A stretch of DNA of 32,000 bases from Methylophaga frappieri (lineage in GTDB: Bacteria; Pseudomonadota; Gammaproteobacteria; Nitrosococcales; Methylophagaceae), in the NCBI RefSeq assembly GCF_000260965.1, contig NC_017856.1:360001-392000 (forward strand), given 5' to 3'. Position numbers and translations under genes: made by a program. How positions within the stretch are numbered: the stretch's first letter is position 1; every line of letters starts with the position of its first letter. The notes below the pieces were generated by a model. That model made no database searches. It worked only from the letters and a program-made list of their open reading frames with translations, and had not been told where the DNA came from. Below are positions 1 to 7,648 of this stretch, piece after piece.

Positions 1-818
1 GCGACAGTAGCCGTTAAGTGTACGCGTTCATTTTCTTCACGAGTTCGATAGGCAAGGTGTGAAACAGCTTGCTTTAGGTCTTCAGCAATGAGCTTTGCTG
101 CTGACTCTGTCGTGTTGTTCATGAGAATCACAAAACGATCCCCGGCTAAACGACAAATCAGATCGTCATGTCGTATATTGATGAGTAAGAGTTGACTGAC
201 GACTTGCAGAATGTCATCCCCCTCTTTCACACCATAGCGACGGTTAACGAGGTTAAAGTCATTCAAATCAACAGCAACTACCGATACGGGTATCATTGAA
301 ACACTCGCTTCTTTCAAGGCTAGACCTAATTGTTTACGAAGATAGCCCGCACCACCTACGGGGATGAGTTTGTCGAACAGGCGGTGTTCACGGAAATGTC
401 GTTCACGTTTAGCCATCTGAGCACTGATGGCAATCTCCTCTTCATGCCAATGATAAATCCCCACACTCAGAAAAATCAGTGCCAGTGGAATAGGTAAGCT
501 TTCTAACCAACTATGCCAAAGCAATGTAGACGGTAAGCGTATGAACTCATCAACCACATCCATGGACCACGAAAAAATGATGCAGCATAAACCTAGCGCT
601 ATTAATTGTGTTACTCGCCCTGCTGGACGGCTCCGAAGCACCATATAAAGCCAGAATATGGCAAGTGTGGTCATCCCCCCCTCCGAGAGTACATCCAACC
701 AACTGATATCTGCTGTTGGTTTTAGTTCTCCCCAAACGTGGAAGACACTGAACCCGCCCACAGAGGCAAACAAGAGGCCATACAGGTAGGACCAATGTGA
801 AATTACATGTTTTTTCAT
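1..818 (-). CDS. Membrane-anchored protein with a degenerate GGDEF domain (3' end runs off the window)
   Basis: Hand translation of the reverse strand from ATG at 818-816 is open to base 1, so it is absent from the ORF track. N-terminus MKKHVISHWSYLYGLLFASVGGFSVF... has about 4 hydrophobic segments. Then comes a GGDEF-type fold: VAVDLNDFNLVNRRYGVKEGDDILQVV...ICRLAGDRFVILM...HLTATV. The signature reads AGDRF instead of GG(D/E)EF. Confidence 0.7.
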   Translation of the reverse strand, partial: MKKHVISHWSYLYGLLFASVGGFSVFHVWGELKPTADISWLDVLSEGGMTTLAIFWLYMVLRSRPAGRVTQLIALGLCCIIFSWSMDVVDEFIRLPSTLLWHSWLESLPIPLALIFLSVGIYHWHEEEIAISAQMAKRERHFREHRLFDKLIPVGGAGYLRKQLGLALKEASVSMIPVSVVAVDLNDFNLVNRRYGVKEGDDILQVVSQLLLINIRHDDLICRLAGDRFVILMNNTTESAAKLIAEDLKQAVSHLAYRTREENERVHLTATV

Positions 819-868
819 GAGCTTGTGTCTGTCTGTTTTCTATAGGAGGCTCACGCTACGCTCGTGAT

Positions 869-886
869 ATGACAGAAACATGACAA
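869..886 (-). promoter_or_regulatory. Pho box (PhoB-binding site) facing the GGDEF-domain gene
   Basis: The minus strand reads TTGTCAT-GTTT-CTGTCAT: two 7-nt direct repeats with a 4-nt spacer, versus the E. coli consensus CTGTCATA(A/T)A(T/A)CTGTCA(C/T). A TAnnnT hexamer (TAGCGT) lies 10 nt downstream on the minus strand, about 50 nt upstream of the ATG at 818. Confidence 0.6.
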
Positions 887-1113
887 CCCCCGCAGTCAAA
901 TTAGCTCATATTTTTCCTATAAACGCCAATCTACTTGTTACTTCTTATTGATTACCCCCCAACCCTTTAAAGCACATAATTAAGCCTTATTTCAGACACT
1001 TACGAGTTCTTACCTGCCTATCGAATTTAACTACTGAGAGCCACGGTCAAAACAGCTCACCCAATCACGAAAATAACCATAAGCCATTGATTTTAAAATA
1101 GTTAACGCATTCT

Positions 1114-1131
1114 TTGTCACATAGCTGTCAT
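1114..1131 (+). promoter_or_regulatory. Pho box (PhoB-binding site) upstream of the TonB-dependent receptor operon
   Basis: TTGTCAC-ATAG-CTGTCAT closely matches the 7-4-7 Pho box consensus. TAAACT (-10-like) starts 11 nt downstream. The ATG at 1188 is 57 nt downstream. Downstream genes (phytase, PhoX) are classic Pho-regulon functions. Confidence 0.65.
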
Positions 1132-1187
1132 CTGGTGTACCTAAACTTTGCCTCACCGATAAACAAGTCAGCAAAAAGGACACACCA

Positions 1188-3707
1188 ATGTCACGCTTCA
1201 CTCCAACACAATTACCACAGTTCAAGCTCTCGCTATTAGCTGTGACACTTTCATCAGCAATAAGTCACGTTGCATTTGCCGATGAGGTGGACCCCGTTCA
1301 TCTAGAAACCGTCAAGGTAATCGGTCAGGCAGCACAGATAGATAAAGCACTTCGTGAACAGCGTCAGTCGGACAGTATTGAAAGTATCGTTCATGCTGAT
1401 GATATTGGTCAGCTACCCGATGACAATGCTGCAGAAGCCTTGCAACGCCTTCCCGGTGTTTCCGTAGAACTAGACCAGGGTGAAGGCCGTTTTGTCAGCG
1501 TCCGTGGTCTGGCTCCGGAACTGAACAATGTCACCATTAATGGTACCAATGTCCCCTCACCTGAGAGTGATACCCGAGCCGTGGCATTGGATATTTTGCC
1601 CAGTGAGCTTGTGCAATCCCTCTCTGTGGTGAAAACGCTGACACCCGACATGGATGCCAACTCACTTGGCGGGACTGTTAATGTAAAGAGCCTGTCAGCT
1701 TTCGATCACGACGGTCTTTTCTACACCATGTCTGCTGAGGGCAGTTACAACGACAATGTCAACGAAACAAGCCCTAAAGGCTCTGGTGCTGTCAGTAATA
1801 TTTTCAGTGTAGGTAATGGGGAAAATAACCTCGGTGTTGCCGCAGCATTCAGTTGGCAGGAACGTGATTTTGGTTCTGACAATGTTGAAACTGGTGGTGC
1901 CTGGGAATTTGATAGTGGAGCTAAGCTAGAAGAAACAGAGCAGCGTGATTATGAAATCACCCGTGAACGCATGGGCCTCGGTCTTAATTTTGATTATAAA
2001 GCCGATGCCAACACCGGTTATTACCTGCGTACACTTTTCAGTCGTTTCAAAGATAGTGAAATTCGTCATGCATCAGGTATCGAATTTGGCGATGCAATTG
2101 GAGCTGGAGAAAGTAGTGACGGTGAAGGCTATAGGGAACTGAAAAGCCGAGAAGAAACACAAGAAATACAGTCATATGTATTCGGTGGTGAGAAAACGAT
2201 CGGCTTGTGGACGCTAAGTGGTCAGGCTGGTTTCAGCCGAGCGAGTGAAGACACGCCGTTGCATATTGCTGGCGCCAGTTTTGCCGGCGATAGTGACTTC
2301 AGTAACGTCAGTTTCCGATCATCACGTAAACCAACAATTCTGGCTGGTGCTGACTTTTACAACCCAGCCAACTTTAGTCTGGATGAAGTGGAATGGGAAA
2401 AACAAAAAACCACTGATACTGAAAAAAACCTAAAGTTTGATTTGGCCCGAGATTATGATTTCAAAGGCTATGGTGCTCAAATCAAATTCGGTGGCAAAGT
2501 CTCTCGCCGCAAAAAGGACAATGATCTTGAGGCATGGGTCTATGAAGACTTTGACTCGCAAGGCATAGCAGATGCTGATTTGGCTCTGAGTGAGTTCACA
2601 TCAGGCAATGTCGATTACGGACTCAACCGCTTTGGCCCCGCTATTAGTGACTCTGCTGTTGAGGCTTTGTTGGCACGAGTCAATGCCGATGATAACTACG
2701 ATGAAGAAGAATCACAGATCAATGACTTCGAAATGCACGAAGACATTAACGCTGCCTACTTCATGAATACGCTTGACCTTGATGATTGGACACTCATCGC
2801 CGGTCTGCGTTACGAATACACTGACTTTGAAGCCGAAGGGACAGGCCTCCGAGATGGCGACTTCGAAGCGATCAAACGCAATAACAGCTATGACAATTGG
2901 CTTCCAGGCTTACATGCCCGTTACTACCTCGGTGACGACACGCAAATTCGAGCCGCCTGGACCAACACTGTCGTCCGCCCAACCTTTGAAGCGTTGGCTC
3001 CCGGATTTGTATTCGATGGTGACGAAGCAAGTTTCGGTAATCCCGACCTCAAGCCAATGGAGTCAAGCAACCTTGATCTCGGTATTGAGCACTATCTGGG
3101 ACGTTCTGGCGCCATCTCAGCTTTCGCTTTTTATAAAGACATAAACGATTTTGTCTACAACACAGATCTGGCTGGTACCGGTGCATTTACTGCTTTTGAT
3201 GAAGCCAACACCTATGCCAATGGTGATAGCGCAAAAGTTTATGGCCTTGAACTGGCTTACACACAGAAGATGTCGTGGTTACCAGCCCCATGGAATGGGT
3301 TATTAGTCGGTGTAAATGCCACATTCAGCGACTCTGAAGCAGAAATAGAAGGGCTGGGAACAACACGTGATATTGCGTTACCAGGACAATCAAAACGTGT
3401 CGGTAACCTGATGGTGGGCTGGGAAAATGACAAAGTGAGCCTGCGTCTTTCTACCAACTACAAGTCCAGTTATTTATCCGAGGTCGCGGCGATCGATGAT
3501 AAAGAACATGATCTCTATGTTGATGACCAGACATTTGTTGACTTCAGCGCCAGTTACTTCTTGACCAAAAACGCACAGATCAGCTTTGAAGCGAAAAACC
3601 TGACTGACGAATCTTACTACGTCTACACAGGCAGTGAACGCTACAACGCTCAATATGAAGAATACGGACCTACCTATAAGTTAAGTTTTACTTTAACTAA
3701 CTTTTAA
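1188..3707 (+). CDS. TonB-dependent outer-membrane receptor
   Basis: 839-aa ORF with signal peptide ...SSAISHVAFA/DE and a TonB-box-like ETVKVIG. Plug-domain motifs: DDIGQLPDDNAAEALQRLPGVSV...GEGRFVSVRGL...NGT. Long beta-barrel with C-terminal ...YKLSFTLTNF (terminal Phe). AAGGA Shine-Dalgarno motif (ribosome-binding site) upstream. Confidence 0.9.
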   Translation: MSRFTPTQLPQFKLSLLAVTLSSAISHVAFADEVDPVHLETVKVIGQAAQIDKALREQRQSDSIESIVHADDIGQLPDDNAAEALQRLPGVSVELDQGEGRFVSVRGLAPELNNVTINGTNVPSPESDTRAVALDILPSELVQSLSVVKTLTPDMDANSLGGTVNVKSLSAFDHDGLFYTMSAEGSYNDNVNETSPKGSGAVSNIFSVGNGENNLGVAAAFSWQERDFGSDNVETGGAWEFDSGAKLEETEQRDYEITRERMGLGLNFDYKADANTGYYLRTLFSRFKDSEIRHASGIEFGDAIGAGESSDGEGYRELKSREETQEIQSYVFGGEKTIGLWTLSGQAGFSRASEDTPLHIAGASFAGDSDFSNVSFRSSRKPTILAGADFYNPANFSLDEVEWEKQKTTDTEKNLKFDLARDYDFKGYGAQIKFGGKVSRRKKDNDLEAWVYEDFDSQGIADADLALSEFTSGNVDYGLNRFGPAISDSAVEALLARVNADDNYDEEESQINDFEMHEDINAAYFMNTLDLDDWTLIAGLRYEYTDFEAEGTGLRDGDFEAIKRNNSYDNWLPGLHARYYLGDDTQIRAAWTNTVVRPTFEALAPGFVFDGDEASFGNPDLKPMESSNLDLGIEHYLGRSGAISAFAFYKDINDFVYNTDLAGTGAFTAFDEANTYANGDSAKVYGLELAYTQKMSWLPAPWNGLLVGVNATFSDSEAEIEGLGTTRDIALPGQSKRVGNLMVGWENDKVSLRLSTNYKSSYLSEVAAIDDKEHDLYVDDQTFVDFSASYFLTKNAQISFEAKNLTDESYYVYTGSERYNAQYEEYGPTYKLSFTLTNF

Positions 3708-3731
3708 TTCACTGAATAAGACGAATTTATT

Positions 3732-5651
3732 GTGAAAACACCGAATAAAACAACGCGCCATAACCTCACACTTATGGCGCTGCCTCTCCTGTCACTCATG
3801 GCATGCCAGTCAGAAGCCGATACAAGCTCGGGCCAGACTAAGTCAGCCCATACACCAGTCGAAAGCCTCAAGTTTCTGCCGACGCAGGACGTTCTGGGAG
3901 GGGCTAAACGACTGGTCTCGTACCCACAACATGGCATCGCACTCACATCTGAGACCGGCAAGAACTCTGCTTTACTGTCTGGTAATTATGGTCAAATTGA
4001 TTACCGCACTGATGAGAGCCAGTTATTACTGGCCACAGTGGATCTCGACAGACAACAAGCGCTCATCACTACCTATTCAGAGGCTGGCTGGTCTACGCCC
4101 GTCTATCTGCCACAACCAGATTATAAAATTGAGTCTGTCTGTTTCTATCAAGATCAGGCAAACAATGCGTTCTTGTTCTTGGTTGGTGAACAAGGGCACG
4201 GTGAGCAGTGGCTAGTAGGTCACGCACTTACTCCCATTGCTCACCCCCAACGTGTCCGAGGGTTGAGCTTGCCGCCCAATAGTGAATATTGCGTGGTACG
4301 CGATAGCCATAATCAACTTTTTATTAATGAAGAAACCGTCGGCATCTGGGCGTATGACGCATCTCCCGAAGCCGACTTACAACGCGCGCCCATTGCCATG
4401 GTTACACCGTTCGGTGACGTAATACGCAGCGTTGCTGATATGAGCCTGGTTCCGGGCGGTATTGTCTTTATGGATCCGGAAAATAGCTCACTGGAGGTAT
4501 ACCGTGAAATCGGATCAACCTGGCAATTTGAAGAGCGTGTCTCGCTACCTGAGTTGAGTGATGCCGAACAAGTCTCTGCCAAAGTTCAGAATAATGAAAT
4601 GACACTGGCGATTCTCCATGATGATGGGGTCTATCACACCACTTTGTCCTGGCCCCATGTCGCTCAGGCCACAGACAACAGCCTTCCTGTCTTGCCTGCC
4701 ATGGCAGAGACAGCGCCAGTACCTAGTCTCGGTGATGCAGCGGACGACCCCGCCATTTGGTTACACACCGATACACCTGAAAATAGCCGGGTGATTGCCA
4801 CAGACAAACAAGGTGGCCTCTTGGTTTACGATTTACAAGGTAACGAACTTCAGAATCTGCCTGTCGGCCGCTTAAACAATGTTGATGTGCGTAAAGGTTT
4901 CATTTGGGGTGGTGACACTATTGATATTGCCGTAGCGAGCAATCGCGACCACAACAGTTTGCATGTCTTTGCCATTCAACCTGACAACGGTGAGGTGAGT
5001 GAGATCGGTGAAATTGCCACTATTAGTGATGATATCTATGGCCTTTGTCTATACCAGAATGACCAAGATCAAATTTATGCCATTGCAAACGATAAGGATG
5101 GGCGTTTTTTTCAATACTTGCTCAGTGGAGCTCAAGGCACACTTCGTGGCGAGCTAAAACGTGAGTTCGCTGTGAACACACAACCAGAAGGCTGTGTTGC
5201 TGATGACCGCACGCAGCAACTGTTTATCGGTGAAGAGAATAAGGCCGTCTGGGCACTTGCGGCTGAAGCAGACGCAAGCAGTGAGATGCACCTAGTATTA
5301 GCAACGGGTGACCAATTGCACGCCGATGTTGAAGGCATGGCGCTCTATCAGGCTGAGAACGGTAGTTATCTGGTTGTCTCCAGCCAGGGCAATGACAGCT
5401 TTGTCGTACTCGACAGTACCCCGCCATACACCTATCACGGTGCGTTTCGTATTGGTTTTAACACCGAAAGGCTAATTGACGGCGTATCCGAAACCGATGG
5501 CCTTGATGTCATCTCAGCCAATCTTGGGGGCGAATGGGCGCAAGGCATACTGGTTGTTCAGGATGGTCGCAACCGTATGCCTGTTGAAAAACAAAACTAC
5601 AAATATCTCCCATGGTCAGCAGTAACAGAAGCGCTGAATCTGAAACATTAA
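3732..5651 (+). CDS. Beta-propeller phytase (3-phytase, BPP family), predicted lipoprotein with an N-terminal extra domain
   Basis: 639 aa. The C-terminal ~300 aa align by eye to Bacillus PhyC: DDPAIW...VYDL.G..L......LNNVD.R...........IDIA.ASNR, EGCVADD, VWALAAE, HADVEGMALY, SSQGNDSF, ETDGLDV, VVQDG. Lipobox LSLMAC at the N-terminus. GTG start at 3732 (alternative ATG at 3774). Confidence 0.9.
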   Translation: MKTPNKTTRHNLTLMALPLLSLMACQSEADTSSGQTKSAHTPVESLKFLPTQDVLGGAKRLVSYPQHGIALTSETGKNSALLSGNYGQIDYRTDESQLLLATVDLDRQQALITTYSEAGWSTPVYLPQPDYKIESVCFYQDQANNAFLFLVGEQGHGEQWLVGHALTPIAHPQRVRGLSLPPNSEYCVVRDSHNQLFINEETVGIWAYDASPEADLQRAPIAMVTPFGDVIRSVADMSLVPGGIVFMDPENSSLEVYREIGSTWQFEERVSLPELSDAEQVSAKVQNNEMTLAILHDDGVYHTTLSWPHVAQATDNSLPVLPAMAETAPVPSLGDAADDPAIWLHTDTPENSRVIATDKQGGLLVYDLQGNELQNLPVGRLNNVDVRKGFIWGGDTIDIAVASNRDHNSLHVFAIQPDNGEVSEIGEIATISDDIYGLCLYQNDQDQIYAIANDKDGRFFQYLLSGAQGTLRGELKREFAVNTQPEGCVADDRTQQLFIGEENKAVWALAAEADASSEMHLVLATGDQLHADVEGMALYQAENGSYLVVSSQGNDSFVVLDSTPPYTYHGAFRIGFNTERLIDGVSETDGLDVISANLGGEWAQGILVVQDGRNRMPVEKQNYKYLPWSAVTEALNLKH

Positions 5652-5666
5652 GATTAAGGAAACAAA

Positions 5667-6362
5667 ATGAACGACAGTACACACGATATGTCAGTTTGGG
5701 GACTGATCAGTGAGGCCAGTCTCCTTGTCCAACTCGTGATGCTGACCTTGGTGATGGCCTCAGTCATCAGTTGGTATCTAATCTTATGGCGCACCCGAAC
5801 GCTGAGTAAGTTAGAGAAACAAGCCAAACAGTTTCGTCACGAGTTCAGAAGCAGCGATGACCTAAGACTGTTGCATGCGAAAACACGGGCCGATAGATCC
5901 CCTGCTTCACTGGCATCGGTTTTTCTGAGTGGATTTGGTGCTTTCAGCCAACCCCACAACAGTGACGCGGTCAGTAATCAACAGGATCATATTGAGCGTG
6001 CAATGCTAGTCAACATTGGTGAGCAGGAGGCTGAAATGGAGAAAGGCCTGTCCACGCTGGCAACCATCGGCTCAGTCAGCCCCTATATCGGTCTGTTTGG
6101 AACCGTTTGGGGCATCATGAACTCGTTCATTGGCTTAGCTCAAGTTGAACAAGCCACGCTGAATACCGTTGCACCTGGCATTGCTGAGGCACTGATCGCT
6201 ACGGCCATCGGCCTGTTTGCTGCGATTCCCGCGGTGATTGCCTATAACCGACTGAGCGCACGTAACGCTCGTATTACAGCACTGTATTACCAGTTCGGAA
6301 ATGAGCTGGTTACGAGGCTGCAAAGAGTCGGACAACCGCTTCGGCATCAACAGGTGGCTTAA
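5667..6362 (+). CDS. exbB: MotA/TolQ/ExbB-family proton channel (ExbB)
   Basis: 231 aa with three hydrophobic helices. Conserved C-terminal half: LATIGSVSPYIGLFGTVWGIMNSF...VAPGIAEALIATAIGLFAAIPAVIAYN. Followed directly by exbD and tonB. Confidence 0.85.
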   Translation: MNDSTHDMSVWGLISEASLLVQLVMLTLVMASVISWYLILWRTRTLSKLEKQAKQFRHEFRSSDDLRLLHAKTRADRSPASLASVFLSGFGAFSQPHNSDAVSNQQDHIERAMLVNIGEQEAEMEKGLSTLATIGSVSPYIGLFGTVWGIMNSFIGLAQVEQATLNTVAPGIAEALIATAIGLFAAIPAVIAYNRLSARNARITALYYQFGNELVTRLQRVGQPLRHQQVA

Positions 6363-6372
6363 GGGCAGCACT

Positions 6373-6825
6373 ATGTTAAAGCGTCCCACACAGCCCCATG
6401 CCCAAAAGGCAGAGATGAATGTTGTTCCCTATATTGATGTGATGCTGGTCTTACTGGTCATATTTATGGTCACAGCTCCGCTGCTTGTCCAGGGTATAAA
6501 ACTGGAACTGCCGGATGTAGCAGCGAAAGCCTTACCGACTGACAGTGAAAAAACTATCCTTACCTTGTCGGTAGTCAGTGATGGCAGCTACTACTGGAAT
6601 GTCAGTGAGGAGGTTGATATTAAAACTCGATCTGATCAGGCTGTCACTTTGACTGAAATGGTCGATAAATTGAGCCTCATCATGGCTGAAAATGCCGATA
6701 TTCTGTTTTTTATCCGCGGCGATAAAAACACGCAGTACGAGACCGTTGTTACGGCAATTGCAGCCCTGCAAAATGCCGGGTTCCAGGATATTGGTCTTAT
6801 CACGGAAACGCCTGATGAGTACTAG
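6373..6825 (+). CDS. exbD: ExbD/TolR-family biopolymer transport protein
   Basis: Start trimmed to ATG 6373, 10 nt after the exbB stop; the track's 6301 start overlaps exbB. Typical motif MNVVPYIDVMLVLLVIFMVTAPLL, then a periplasmic domain ...FFIRGDKNTQYETVVTAIAALQNAG. Confidence 0.85.
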   Translation: MLKRPTQPHAQKAEMNVVPYIDVMLVLLVIFMVTAPLLVQGIKLELPDVAAKALPTDSEKTILTLSVVSDGSYYWNVSEEVDIKTRSDQAVTLTEMVDKLSLIMAENADILFFIRGDKNTQYETVVTAIAALQNAGFQDIGLITETPDEY

Positions 6826-7642
6826 TCTGGCTTATCACCTCCCCTCAGCTTCCGACTCAGGTCAAGGCTTATCCCTCACCCTGACGGGGTTGATTCATAT
6901 TGCTGTGCTGGTTGTTATTTTAGGGCCATGGGTGACCCCTACCCCTCTGTCTCCCGCCAGCGAAAATACTGTGAGAGTACAAACCTTCAGTCTGCCTGAA
7001 CCAGTTATCAAGCAGCCGGTCTTACCCAGAACTAAACCTTCGACATCTGAACCGGTCGTTAGCGCGCCAGAGCCTGAGCCACATGAGGTCAAGCCTGAGC
7101 CGGTTAATAATGAGTTAGCATTCGAGCGAGTCCAGAAGCCTGAACCGACACCGCCAAAAAAACCTGAAATTAAGCAAAAATCAAAACCGATAGAAAAGCC
7201 GAAGCCAGAGTCGAAACTGTCAAAGCCATCATCGCGGTCTCAAGACCCGACTAAGACAGCCAACAACGATAAACCAACTAAGACTTTGCAAACTTCGCAA
7301 CCTATCGATAGCTCTGATGAGACTGAAAATGTGGCGACAACCTCCTCCCAAGTTGATGCAGCGCCTTTTGATGTCTCCCAGTTCAAGCCCGTGGAGAAAC
7401 TCGCACCTGATTACCCAAGATCAGCACTGCGTAAAGGACTGGAAGGCGATTGTACAGTCACCTATAGAGTCAGCCAGCTTGGTCGCGTTGAGTCACCTGA
7501 AGTGTCTGATGATTGTCATCCGGCATTCATCAGACCCTCGCTTGAGGCAGCGCAGTCGTTTCGTTACACCCCTCGCAAGGTGAATGGCAAAGCGGTGGCA
7601 GTGACTAATGTGAGTAATACTTTTCAATATCGGATCCAATAA
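6815..7642 (+). CDS. tonB: TonB energy transducer
   Basis: Start trimmed to ATG 6815, overlapping the exbD stop by 11 nt. N-terminal anchor LTGLIHIAVLVVILG. Pro/Glu/Lys-rich spacer (PEPEPHEVKPEP...PEPTPPKKPEIKQKSKPIEKPKPE). TonB C-terminal domain: PDYPRSALRKGLEGDCTVTYRV...G.V....V......F...SLEAAQSFRYTP.KVNGKAV. Confidence 0.85.
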   Translation: MSTSLAYHLPSASDSGQGLSLTLTGLIHIAVLVVILGPWVTPTPLSPASENTVRVQTFSLPEPVIKQPVLPRTKPSTSEPVVSAPEPEPHEVKPEPVNNELAFERVQKPEPTPPKKPEIKQKSKPIEKPKPESKLSKPSSRSQDPTKTANNDKPTKTLQTSQPIDSSDETENVATTSSQVDAAPFDVSQFKPVEKLAPDYPRSALRKGLEGDCTVTYRVSQLGRVESPEVSDDCHPAFIRPSLEAAQSFRYTPRKVNGKAVAVTNVSNTFQYRIQ

Positions 7643-7648
7643 CCCGCC

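Noticed and set aside
1031-1225. 64-aa minus-strand ORF in the GGDEF/receptor intergenic region
   Set aside because: It overlaps the Pho box, promoter, ribosome-binding site and start of the receptor gene. It has no ribosome-binding site and no recognisable motif. It is most likely a chance ORF. The same applies to 550-795, which is an alternative frame inside the GGDEF-domain gene.
7060-7260. Repetitive Pro-Glu/Pro-Lys coding stretch that looks like a tandem repeat
   Set aside because: This is the normal proline-rich rigid spacer of TonB (PEP.../KPKP...). It is low-complexity at the protein level, with no exact nucleotide tandem unit. It is not a VNTR or mobile repeat.
6301-7642. Longer N-terminal extensions offered by the ORF track for exbD (6301), tonB (6692) and the second ABC gene (to 23637)
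   Set aside because: The extensions overlap the preceding genes by 60-200 nt in another frame and encode non-homologous, Arg/Cys-rich sequence. Internal ATGs at 6373, 6815 and 23445 give canonical N-termini with short gaps or overlaps typical of coupled operon genes.
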